Shown here piece after piece: positions 19,001 through 26,485 of a stretch of 42,476 bases of DNA. Source of the DNA: Escherichia phage forsur. Made by a program: the position numbers and the translations under genes. The notes under the pieces are model-generated. The model was not told the origin of the DNA. It searched no databases and saw nothing but the letters and a program-made list of their open reading frames with translations. Numbering within the stretch: position 1 is the first letter of the stretch; each line of letters begins with the position of its first letter. The stretch is from the sequence record MN850617.1; one strand, given 5' to 3'.

Positions 19001-19161
19001 CGGGTGCAGCTACCAGCGCTGCTGGCGGCGTGCTGACTGGCGATACCGAGCAGGCAGTGTCCGGCGCTCGTAAAGCGGCAGGTAACATCATCCAAGCTAT
19101 CCCACTCATCTCAATCGTGCCGGGCGTCCGAGCACTCAACGAAGCAGTTAAGGGTGAATAA
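16054..19161 (+). CDS. internal virion (core/ejection) protein C, T7 gp16 analogue (1035 aa)
   Basis: Largest gene of the internal-protein trio. ATGA overlap with the upstream gene. Hydrophobic Ala/Gly-rich segments. Confidence 0.78.
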   Translation: MITQESLDKFMAPKQGANAPTLVIPAPVKAETLSTPLQDATRQGAVEQFDKMQELEATPIATALSASVKNWDTTQLFDAALNKPVFQADPNFHPNEALQNVQFPVTEDDRTFLFKSKSMDEFNWRTQQLQEMRERTQLAHTAPVMNAVLQFADPLYLATDLLSMGAGTALKLGRLGTAAVGAASTAATMTAVGNEARPVSQNEIIFAAALHGAATTAFYRPAAAPARRLDELSPEEFAAEMQRRNGIDPNNPPQFDPNNAMSPLAMSLGFGRRGAMETDEVPESIRAAAQRGLDLARRGEQTNPKRPFLEWSLFKSFSQHSDEASALAGRLLDDPLNPNMTSAAAIQRETQARFGVLLNQYEDTLRNALTTDGWSNLRRFRDPVGYRRAQQEFEAAVRLELDKRMIDNNFRGANPNVAAAADRLGEYSRAVGRELERKGMVEPGFVEKNPYYYPRRMNVTKIEQAEQLLGKKPFMKQMTTAVQRGIGTDRPTANVIAHAMVERARRKGYGIDNSGMIINKEGRDELLEIIENSKGLDEAAKARASALLRESGSDAGRPSMLKSRINIDMMHQLGPNLQVRDLFDDSITSMMDAYNRRITGRLALHEAGLGTDAERAAAREALAKSIKDGTARRQALEQYDNIMAYYQGAPVGEEMPQFMRQLSALTQATGLAASGLWQLVEYGTMMQRFGAVNTFRAMMRTIPEARALFKQMRVTTKEGRQLALDAEEALTAAVASDIRMRPIMQHYDDMFSADKSPWVMRLEHARDATMFINMQKYIHFHQTRTNAALVMQTLRKAAEGDAKAIAAMKTYGANDALLADIRKQVAKSGTKPDAWDEGVFNRTRIVMINAMDDAIVRARVGELPAFAEFSTLGKFLFTFRRFVAATHNKTLVGTWNREGARGMATLMAYQYPLAMMATAANNVISGKAFSDPETMAPNKLASQALNYLGAIGFASEFTGVLTGQQRSFGAPGLLFLDRAYGVAGAATSAAGGVLTGDTEQAVSGARKAAGNIIQAIPLISIVPGVRALNEAVKGE

Positions 19162-21533
19162 TGGCGAACAGCTATAACACTTACGTGGCGAACGGTTCGC
19201 AGACCGCGTTCCTCGTTACGTTTGAGCAGCGCGTGTTCACACAGATTCAGGTGTACCTCAACTCCGAACTCCAAACGAGCGGGTACACCTACAACTCTGT
19301 GACCAAACAGATTGTCTTTGACACCGCCCCGCTCGCCGGGGTGATTGTCCGTTTGCAACGCTACACCTCTGAGACTCTGCTGAACAAGTTCGGACAGGAC
19401 GCTGCCTTTACGGGCAGCAACCTCGACGAGAACTTCGAGCAGATTCTGTTCAAGGCTGAGGAAACTCAGGAAGCATGGCTCGCGCCGCTTGACCGCGCCG
19501 TCCGTGTCCCGAACTCCGAAGTCTCCATCAACGCATTACCGAACGTCGCTGGCCGCCGCAACAAGGCACTGGGCTTTGACAGCAATGGCCAGCCGTTCAT
19601 GATTCCTCTGGTTGATATCCCTGACTCCGCGCTGGCGATTGCTCTGGCAATGGCTGACGGCGGTAAGTGGATTGGTACACTGGGCGGCGGTACGTTCCTC
19701 GACCGTCAGGATACCGTGTGCCTGTCAGAGTTCACCAACAACACCGGGTATGCCTCTGTCGCCGCTGCGGTACAAGCGTGCTTCGATTATGCCAAGGCTA
19801 ACCACAAGACTGTGGATGCCCGTGGTTGGGTCGGTACTGTCAACTCTACTGTCCTGATGGACGGTATTGAGGTTGTCGGCGGCACTTGGAACGGTACGGC
19901 TGATATCCGGCTGCTGGATTCCACATTCCGCGACTTCAAAGCCTCCACTGTCCGTGTCTGTTACTGGGGTGGTAAGGTTCGCATCTCTGATTATGAGTTC
20001 ACTGGTGCGCCGTCGAACTCCAAAGTAGCGAGCATCCTGTTCCAAGGTAACATCGCCGGGGGCAGCTACGTTATTGAGAACGGTATCCACCGCAATGGCA
20101 AGTTCGGTATTCTCCAGCAGGGTACTGGTGAGGCTATCGACAACGGCGTTATCCGCAACATCGCTATGATGAATATGCTGGGTGACGGCATCGAGATGAA
20201 CGTAATCAACAAGCACTATGATGGTGGCCTGCTGATTGAGAACATCTACCTCGAAGACCTCGACGGTACGACCGCTCCTATCCCTCTGTCCAACTGGGGC
20301 ATCGGTATCGGTATCGCTGGTCAAGGCCCGTTCGGTTGGGATGCTGCTGAAACGCAGTACGCCAAGAACGTGGTTGTCCGTAACGTCCATGCTCCGCGTG
20401 GTGTGCGTCAGGTTGTCCACTTCGAAGTTACCCGCGACAGCGTGTGCGAGAACGTGTTCTGTAACCCTGACCTCGCTGTGTCAACTGGTACTGGCCTGAC
20501 GGCGGCAGGTGTAATCACCTACGGCTGCAAGCGAATGACCATTGACGGCGTGGCTGGTGAGCCAATCAACACTGGCGCAACCTCTCCTAACGCGATTCGT
20601 CTCGTTATGTTGGAGTGGGGTGCGAACCAAGCAGGTGCAGGCGGTACGCCGGGCGCGGCATGTCCTTCGTTTGACATGACTGTGCGCAACGTGCAGACCC
20701 GTACCGGACGCTTCTATGCTGGCGTTGGCTCTGATGACGTGAACAACAACACGTACCATCTGGAAAACATCCACTGCCATACGATGAGTCTGTTCGGCGT
20801 GGCAACGCTGCTGAATATGACCAACGTGACCGGGGTAGTGTTCGATGCTGTAGGCGATGACTCCAGCGGCGGTACTTCATCCAACGGCCTATACCCGCGT
20901 AAGAAGACTGTTCTCAACATGGTGAACGTGAACTTCTACGGCGATGGCATGACTGAGGGTGCGCTGTACAGTAAGGCTCGCTATTCGGATATCAGTACGC
21001 TGAACTCCAACGTGCGTGCTATCCCGTACACCAACATCCAAGGTAACGTAGGCGTCATCCTGTCTCCGGTCAACCGCATGTACACGCTGCCGAATAACCT
21101 TGCAACCCTGACTGGTGGGGAGTTCCCGACTGGTAAAGAGTTCTGTGAGGGGACGGTGCTGTTTAAGACTGACGGCTCTGGTGGCAACTTCATCGTGACT
21201 GGCTTCGGCGCGTACATCCCGGATGACGGGAACAACTTCAAGGTGCGTGCTGCTGCCGCTGGCCAGACGTATCTTGAGCAGAACCTGACTCCGGCTGGTA
21301 CTCAGGCTTCCACCTCGTGGCTGTACCATAAGCCTATCTCGGCTGGTACTCGTCTACAGGTGCCGGGCGCTGGCGCTGGTGGTGCGCCCTTGACGGTTAC
21401 GGTGGTTCGTGCGCCTTATCAGGTGGACAATAACATCGGGAACCCGGTACGCATCGACATTACCCCGGCGCTCGTGACGGCTATCCCTGCTGGGACTCAG
21501 CTCGCCGCGACGTACCCGGTCACTTATATCTAA
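19161..21533 (+). CDS. tail fiber/tailspike: T7 gp17-like N-terminal adaptor plus a probable right-handed beta-helix (depolymerase-like) body (790 aa)
   Basis: The N-terminal ~150 aa align with T7 gp17 as recalled (NGSQTAFLVTFE.., VRLQRYTSETLL..NLDENFEQILFKAEE). The central region has repetitive G/N-x-x-I/V rungs (VIENGIHRNGKFGILQQG..IRNIAMMNMLGDGIEMNVI). Confidence 0.82.
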   Translation: MANSYNTYVANGSQTAFLVTFEQRVFTQIQVYLNSELQTSGYTYNSVTKQIVFDTAPLAGVIVRLQRYTSETLLNKFGQDAAFTGSNLDENFEQILFKAEETQEAWLAPLDRAVRVPNSEVSINALPNVAGRRNKALGFDSNGQPFMIPLVDIPDSALAIALAMADGGKWIGTLGGGTFLDRQDTVCLSEFTNNTGYASVAAAVQACFDYAKANHKTVDARGWVGTVNSTVLMDGIEVVGGTWNGTADIRLLDSTFRDFKASTVRVCYWGGKVRISDYEFTGAPSNSKVASILFQGNIAGGSYVIENGIHRNGKFGILQQGTGEAIDNGVIRNIAMMNMLGDGIEMNVINKHYDGGLLIENIYLEDLDGTTAPIPLSNWGIGIGIAGQGPFGWDAAETQYAKNVVVRNVHAPRGVRQVVHFEVTRDSVCENVFCNPDLAVSTGTGLTAAGVITYGCKRMTIDGVAGEPINTGATSPNAIRLVMLEWGANQAGAGGTPGAACPSFDMTVRNVQTRTGRFYAGVGSDDVNNNTYHLENIHCHTMSLFGVATLLNMTNVTGVVFDAVGDDSSGGTSSNGLYPRKKTVLNMVNVNFYGDGMTEGALYSKARYSDISTLNSNVRAIPYTNIQGNVGVILSPVNRMYTLPNNLATLTGGEFPTGKEFCEGTVLFKTDGSGGNFIVTGFGAYIPDDGNNFKVRAAAAGQTYLEQNLTPAGTQASTSWLYHKPISAGTRLQVPGAGAGGAPLTVTVVRAPYQVDNNIGNPVRIDITPALVTAIPAGTQLAATYPVTYI

Positions 21534-21542
21534 GGAGAAACC

Positions 21543-21848
21543 ATGGCATCCGTGAACAAGCAGCTCGACGGGCTGCACCGGATGCTGGTGGAGTATCTGT
21601 CCGACCGCTTGGCCGACGCACGTAGGAAAGATGAGAACGGTAATATCATCGAACCTATGGCGGCGGCTGAGCTGTCCGTGCTTCGCCAGTTCCTGAAAGA
21701 CAACGGCATTCAGGCTGATAAAGACCACGCTGACGACCTGCTCGCGCTGCAAGAACAGCTCAACAACGAGAAGACCGAGGCTGGCCGCAAGGATATCATG
21801 ACTGCTGCCATCAACTCAATCGCAGAAGATAGCGGGATGATGCACTAA
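21543..21848 (+). CDS. terminase small subunit (DNA maturase A-like, 101 aa)
   Basis: Small helical protein immediately upstream of, and coupled to, the large terminase, as T7 gp18 is. Confidence 0.68.
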   Translation: MASVNKQLDGLHRMLVEYLSDRLADARRKDENGNIIEPMAAAELSVLRQFLKDNGIQADKDHADDLLALQEQLNNEKTEAGRKDIMTAAINSIAEDSGMMH

Positions 21849-23608
21849 TGGATTTACAACGCCGCATGGTGATGGCAGGAATCGTTCGCGCTCACTACGA
21901 GAACAACTTCCCGCTGTTCCTGCACGACTACTTCGCATGGCTGGGCTTTGACCTCACTGAAATGCAGCTCGACATTGGCCGCTACATGGCCGACCGGACG
22001 CTCAAGAACAAGTGCGTCATGGCGCAGCGTGGTGAGGCTAAGTCCACCATCGGCATTGCTCGCGCTCTGTACGAATTTGTGCAGATGCCGAACGCTACTG
22101 TCCTGCTCGTATCCGGTTCCGACGACTATGCTGGTACGCTGTCGCACGCTATCGTGTCGGCTATCATGCAATGGGACAGGTTGGAATGGTTACGCCCGGA
22201 GACTCGCGCTGGCGCACGTACATCGTACACCGATGGCTTCGACGTGCATCACGCATTCCGTATCCCTGACAAACAACCCTCTGTAAAAGCGGTCGGTATC
22301 TTCGGCCAGTTACAGGGGAACCACGTATCGCTGTTGATTGCCGATGACGTGGAGACTACCAGTAACGGTAGCTCTCCTGCCAACCGCGCCCGTATCAACA
22401 CCCTGACCAAAGAGTTCGCGGCTATCGCCAACGATGGTGCAGAGATTCTGTACCTCGGCACGCCACAGACTCAGGACTCCATCTACAACACGCTCCCGCA
22501 GCGTGGCTTCGACGTTCGCATCTGGCCCGGTCGTTTCCCAACGGTTGAGGAAGAAGAACGCTATGGCGGTTGTCTGGCCCCATGGATTAAGCAGAAGATG
22601 GAGGGCCACCCGGAACTTCGCACAGGCTACGGTATCCTTGGAAACCGTGGTGCGCAGACCGACCCGCAACGCTACTCCGAAGAAAAGCAGTTGCAGAACG
22701 AACGAGACTACCAGCAGGCAGGCTTCCAGTTGCAGTTCATGCTGGACACTTCTCTGTCGGATGCTCTCAAACAGACCTTGCATCTCAAGGACTTAATCTT
22801 CTTCCACGGCTCGCCTATCTCCGCGCCGGAAGTCTTGCATTGGTCGAATCACCCACGGCACGCCGCCGAGCTGCCACTGGATTTCCCACTCGCTCGTGCG
22901 CAGCTATTCTTGGCTGCTGATTTCTCGGACACTTATGTACCATTCGAAAATGCCTCGGCGTTTCTTGACCCTGCTGGTGGTGGGTCGGATGAATCAGTTA
23001 TCATCGTCACCGCTTCTATCGGCCCGTTTATCCACGTCCTTGGTATGCACGTCTACCACGGCGGCCAGACGGAGGAAAACATCCAGACGGCGGTGGCGTG
23101 GCTAGGTGAGCTGGGCTGCAAACGTCTCGTCATTGAGGACAACATGGGCCACGGCACCGTGACCAACATGTACCGAGGTGAGATTAAGCGGCAGAAGCTG
23201 ACCATGGGCTGCGAGGGTGTATACTCGTCCGGCCAGAAAGAGGTGCGTATCATCAACCGCCTCGGCCCAATCATGCAGCGCCACCGTGTGGTTATCCACT
23301 GGAGCGTTGTTGAAGAAGACCTGCGGTTATGCCGGGGTATGGCCAACGGTGGCCGTGAGTACAGCCTGTTCTGGCAGCTCCAGAACCTGACTCAAGACCG
23401 TCAATCCATCCCGCATGATGACCGAATTGAAACCTTAGCCGCTGCCGTGTACCTCCACGCCGAGGTGTTGCAGCAAGACGAAAACGAAGAAGCGGAGCGC
23501 CGTGCAGTCGCTGTGGCCAAAGAGTTCATCGCTAACCCTATGGGGTATGATGACCCGAAATGGCGCAGCCACAAGCCTGTACGCGGTACGCGACGGAGAA
23601 TTAGATAA
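21848..23608 (+). CDS. terminase large subunit (DNA maturase B, T7 gp19-like, 586 aa)
   Basis: Same length as T7 gp19. Walker A-like QRGEAKST and Walker B-like LLIADDVE, followed by a C-terminal nuclease-type region. Confidence 0.92.
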   Translation: MDLQRRMVMAGIVRAHYENNFPLFLHDYFAWLGFDLTEMQLDIGRYMADRTLKNKCVMAQRGEAKSTIGIARALYEFVQMPNATVLLVSGSDDYAGTLSHAIVSAIMQWDRLEWLRPETRAGARTSYTDGFDVHHAFRIPDKQPSVKAVGIFGQLQGNHVSLLIADDVETTSNGSSPANRARINTLTKEFAAIANDGAEILYLGTPQTQDSIYNTLPQRGFDVRIWPGRFPTVEEEERYGGCLAPWIKQKMEGHPELRTGYGILGNRGAQTDPQRYSEEKQLQNERDYQQAGFQLQFMLDTSLSDALKQTLHLKDLIFFHGSPISAPEVLHWSNHPRHAAELPLDFPLARAQLFLAADFSDTYVPFENASAFLDPAGGGSDESVIIVTASIGPFIHVLGMHVYHGGQTEENIQTAVAWLGELGCKRLVIEDNMGHGTVTNMYRGEIKRQKLTMGCEGVYSSGQKEVRIINRLGPIMQRHRVVIHWSVVEEDLRLCRGMANGGREYSLFWQLQNLTQDRQSIPHDDRIETLAAAVYLHAEVLQQDENEEAERRAVAVAKEFIANPMGYDDPKWRSHKPVRGTRRRIR

Positions 23609-24288
23609 TGTCCATCATCACCATCACTGATGCTCAGCGGTATGAGCTTGGTTATCGCTGCGGTATCGCAGCTAACGAGACTCAGCGCTTCATCAATGAC
23701 ACCCGTGCAGTGACGGCAGCTCAGGCTGCTGACATTGAAACGGCTATCACCAATCTGGTGGCGGCACTTGAGGCTGCTGGCTATGCTGGTACGCCGGAAG
23801 GTTCCGCTCTGCTGGCTGACGGCGCTACTGTATCTGTGGTCAACTCCGCAGGCAACGACGCGCACAATGCCACAGCCAACGTTACTGGCACCACGCTGGA
23901 TAATGTACAGCTCGTCCTGTCTACCGCAGCACTGGTAGACCACACTGACGCAACTGAGATTCGTCGCTTCGACGGCTCTATCCTTGGCATCACCACCGCT
24001 ACGGCCCGTGTAGCTGATGGTCTGCTGAGCAACGTGCGGCTCCCGGCCAACGCTGATGCAGTGGTTAACGGTACGGCTTATTCCGTCCGTAACTCTGCTG
24101 GCGCTGATGGCCACAACGCCACCGCTGTCGTGGCAAGCAACGGTGCTCTCTCCGGCTTCAACCTCGCCGCTACTGTGGCTATGGTGGATAACGGTGATGC
24201 ACTGGCAATCCCGGTCACTGGCACGTACACCAACACCGTGACCTTCGCTGTTTCCGCTGGTGCAATCACTGGCATTACCCTCTCTTAA
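23608..24288 (+). CDS. hypothetical protein with an internal ~80-aa tandem duplication (226 aa)
   Basis: ATGA-type coupling to terminase. Two repeats share VxNSAGxDxHNATAxV..(V/M)VD. Ala/Thr/Gly/Asn-rich like fiber or decoration proteins. Confidence 0.6.
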   Translation: MSIITITDAQRYELGYRCGIAANETQRFINDTRAVTAAQAADIETAITNLVAALEAAGYAGTPEGSALLADGATVSVVNSAGNDAHNATANVTGTTLDNVQLVLSTAALVDHTDATEIRRFDGSILGITTATARVADGLLSNVRLPANADAVVNGTAYSVRNSAGADGHNATAVVASNGALSGFNLAATVAMVDNGDALAIPVTGTYTNTVTFAVSAGAITGITLS

Positions 24289-24299
24289 TAGGAGTCTTT

Positions 24300-24485
24300 A
24301 TGGCACTTGTAGATTCTACCGCAGCCGAACGTGCAGAGTTCGTGGCAGCCTGTAATATGGCGGCTAAGTACCTGAACGTGTGGACTGAGGACTACTTCTT
24401 CGATACCACCAACACCACTCTGGTGGCGGCGTATCAGGCGTATGTCACTCGTGTGTCCAACGCGCTCACTGCGCTGACCAACTAA
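24300..24485 (+). CDS. hypothetical protein (61 aa)
   Basis: AGGAG upstream. No hydrophobic segment. Confidence 0.5.
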   Translation: MALVDSTAAERAEFVAACNMAAKYLNVWTEDYFFDTTNTTLVAAYQAYVTRVSNALTALTN

Positions 24486-24494
24486 GGGGTCAAT

Positions 24495-24983
24495 ATGAAA
24501 CTGTCTCGGCTTATGGCCGGGGCAGTCCTGTCACTGTCCTTGACTTTGACGGGCTGCTCCGCAACAAGCGCACTGTCTGCTGTAACCTCGGCTGTCTCTC
24601 CCAATAAGCCGGAACTAACGGCACAGGTTGGCGCAGAGAACACGAAACAGGGCATCGGCTTGACTGCGAAACAGTCCGACGAAACGAAGGTCGGTGACGT
24701 ATCTGGTAACGCGCAAGTGGATACCGCTAAACAGGGTAGTGATTCGACGACTGTGAAGGACGTCACAGGAGGCTCTGTAAACGCTTCTAAGCAGGGTTCG
24801 CAGATTACCAATGGAAACGTGCAGGCTAAGACTATCGTGGTCTCTCAGAGCGACCCACGCAGTCTCCTGTGGGCATTTGGCATGGGCCTTACTTGTATCT
24901 TAGGTCTGGTGATGTGGTTTGTACCATCTCCGTGGAAGAAGAAGGTGAAAGATGACGGAAGCAAAGAAGGAGCCAGCTCCTAA
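24495..24983 (+). CDS. outer-membrane lipoprotein with a C-terminal transmembrane anchor: unimolecular spanin (u-spanin) candidate (162 aa)
   Basis: Signal peptide plus lipobox LTG|C (residues 18-21) and a C-terminal TMD LLWAFGMGLTCILGLVMWFV followed by KKK. Adjacent to the endolysin. Confidence 0.6.
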   Translation: MKLSRLMAGAVLSLSLTLTGCSATSALSAVTSAVSPNKPELTAQVGAENTKQGIGLTAKQSDETKVGDVSGNAQVDTAKQGSDSTTVKDVTGGSVNASKQGSQITNGNVQAKTIVVSQSDPRSLLWAFGMGLTCILGLVMWFVPSPWKKKVKDDGSKEGASS

Positions 24984-25335
24984 CATCCACTCGCGTATGG
25001 GCGCTGTGGAGGCTCGTATGCAATCCGTAGAAACACGCCTCGACAAACACGAGATTCAAATCGCCAACCTTGAGAAAGGTGACGCTGCTATGCTGGCCAA
25101 GCTATCGGAGAACGACTCCCGGTGGCTGGAGATTCAGCAGCAGCTCCGTGTCGTCGAGCAAATTCAGGACATTCAAAAGACTATGAGCCACATCGGTAAG
25201 CTGTTCTCTTACGCGGCTCACGCCGTCAAGTGGTGTCTCCTGACCGCTTCACTCGTTAGCGGTATCTATCTTGCGGTCAAGGCTGGCGACCTAACGGCGC
25301 TCCAGTCCTTTATCACAACGATTATGGGGATGTAA
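24952..25335 (+). CDS. membrane protein, holin candidate (127 aa; N-terminal coiled coil, single C-terminal TMD)
   Basis: GAAGGTGAAAG upstream of ATG 24952. TMD VKWCLLTASLVSGIYLAV. Lies immediately upstream of the endolysin and coupled to it (ATGTAATG). Confidence 0.45.
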   Translation: MTEAKKEPAPNIHSRMGAVEARMQSVETRLDKHEIQIANLEKGDAAMLAKLSENDSRWLEIQQQLRVVEQIQDIQKTMSHIGKLFSYAAHAVKWCLLTASLVSGIYLAVKAGDLTALQSFITTIMGM

Positions 25336-25871
25336 TGACTAACTTTGAAATCTGTATGAAGTTCACCGGGCTGGCCGAGGGTGGATACACCAAGCTGCCC
25401 GGTGACACTGGAGGGGAAACCAACCATGGAATTAGTGACGCTCGTGATGGGAAGCTGGATGGCAGAGCTTGTGGTGTCCCTACTGGGCTTGGCGGCACTG
25501 TGTGCGTGCCTATCAAAGACCTCACCAAAGAGCAAGCCGAGGCAATCTATCGCCGGGACTACTACAGCCCCATCAGAGGTGACGAGCTTCACCCTGCGAT
25601 TGCATGTGCCGTGTTTGATTACGGCGTCAACTCCGGCATCTCCCGTGCTGCTAAAGCTCTACAGCGGGTATGCGGCGTTGCACAGGACGGGGACATTGGT
25701 ACTGTCACCTTGGAAGCAGCACAACGTCTGGAACCTCACGCCGCAGCAGCAGCCATCTGTGACCTTCGTATTGCGTTCCTAAAGGCTTCTAAAGCCCCGA
25801 CAGTCGTTCGGTATAGGGATGCCTTGGTTGCTCGTGCAAAACGCTGTAGCGCTTACTGTGCGACGCTGTAG
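25335..25871 (+). CDS. endolysin, GH108-type muramidase with a PG_binding_3-like C-terminal domain (178 aa)
   Basis: N-terminal GLAEGGYTKLPGDTGGETNHGIS (the EGGY..D.GG.T..GI signature) and a later QDGDIGTVTLEAA motif. No signal or SAR segment. Confidence 0.85.
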   Translation: MTNFEICMKFTGLAEGGYTKLPGDTGGETNHGISDARDGKLDGRACGVPTGLGGTVCVPIKDLTKEQAEAIYRRDYYSPIRGDELHPAIACAVFDYGVNSGISRAAKALQRVCGVAQDGDIGTVTLEAAQRLEPHAAAAAICDLRIAFLKASKAPTVVRYRDALVARAKRCSAYCATL

Positions 25872-25900
25872 GGGCATCTGAAAGCTGACACATTGAACAG

Positions 25901-25930
25901 GCCGTGGGTGCAATACCCCGGCTTGAAAAT
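25901..25930 (+). terminator. stem-loop after the last late gene (weak terminator candidate)
   Basis: GCCGtGGG-TGCAATA-CCCCGGC (25901..25922) followed by TTGAAAATTG. Confidence 0.35.
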
Positions 25931-25939
25931 TGAACGTTT

Positions 25940-26455
25940 ATGCGTGGGCCTCCCTCGACCCGAATGACCGCGCGTACCCCCATGACGTGTGCGCGGATTA
26001 GCCTCGCGACGTGCGCGATATTGCTCGCGTGCGCTGCGCGGCGCGTCAAGAGGATTGCCTGCGTGCGGTATAGCTCGTGCGTGTCGCGTTTCATCGTCTG
26101 CCGTGTGGCGTGCTGTGCGCTGTCCTGCTGGCTGTGCTGTGCGGTGCTGTCCTATGGGGACGCTCTGCGCTGGCTGTGCTGTGCTGCGTGCTGCGCTCGG
26201 TCGGGCGGGTATCTGTCTCTTTTGCCGTGGTACGCTCTGCGCCGTGGTGGTGCTGTGTGGTGGTGGTGCTGCCGTGGTGCTGTCCTGTCTGCTGGTCTAC
26301 TGTCTGCGCCGCCAGCTCTGCGCGTCATGCTCTGCTACCTGCTGCTACTGTCCTACTGCGTTCACTGGCTGCCGCCTGTCATCCTGTCGGATTCCATCCG
26401 TTGCCGTTCCGCGCTCGCTTGTTTCGGCTGCGCCGCGCTCGCTCTGCGTATCTAG
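25940..26455. repeat. GC-rich, A-depleted (+ strand) low-complexity tract with short degenerate direct repeats; probable location of the collapsed terminal repeat / concatemer junction
   Basis: By hand count there are about 15 A in 26101..26450, with A-free runs of 53, 50 and 66 nt. Recurring GCTGTGCTGTGC, GGTGCTGTCCTG, GCCGTGGT and CGCTCTGCGC units. Confidence 0.7.
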
Positions 26456-26462
26456 CGATACA

Positions 26463-26485
26463 TATCACTATAGTCACTTTCATAA
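26463..26485 (-). promoter_or_regulatory. phage-RNAP promoter candidate P3, inverted (leftward) perfect copy of P1
   Basis: The reverse complement of 26463..26485 equals TTATGAAAGTGACTATAGTGATA, identical to 4585..4607. Predicted +1 is the G complementary to 26468, transcribing toward 25940. Confidence 0.5.

Noticed and set aside
25789-26328. Minus-strand ORFs in the same tract (101 aa at 25789..26094; an untracked 58-aa ORF at 26152..26328 downstream of the inverted promoter)
   Set aside because: The minus strand is T-poor, so it is also stop-poor. The products are low-complexity (R/A/H/Q/P), have no RBS, and the first overlaps the endolysin 3' end.
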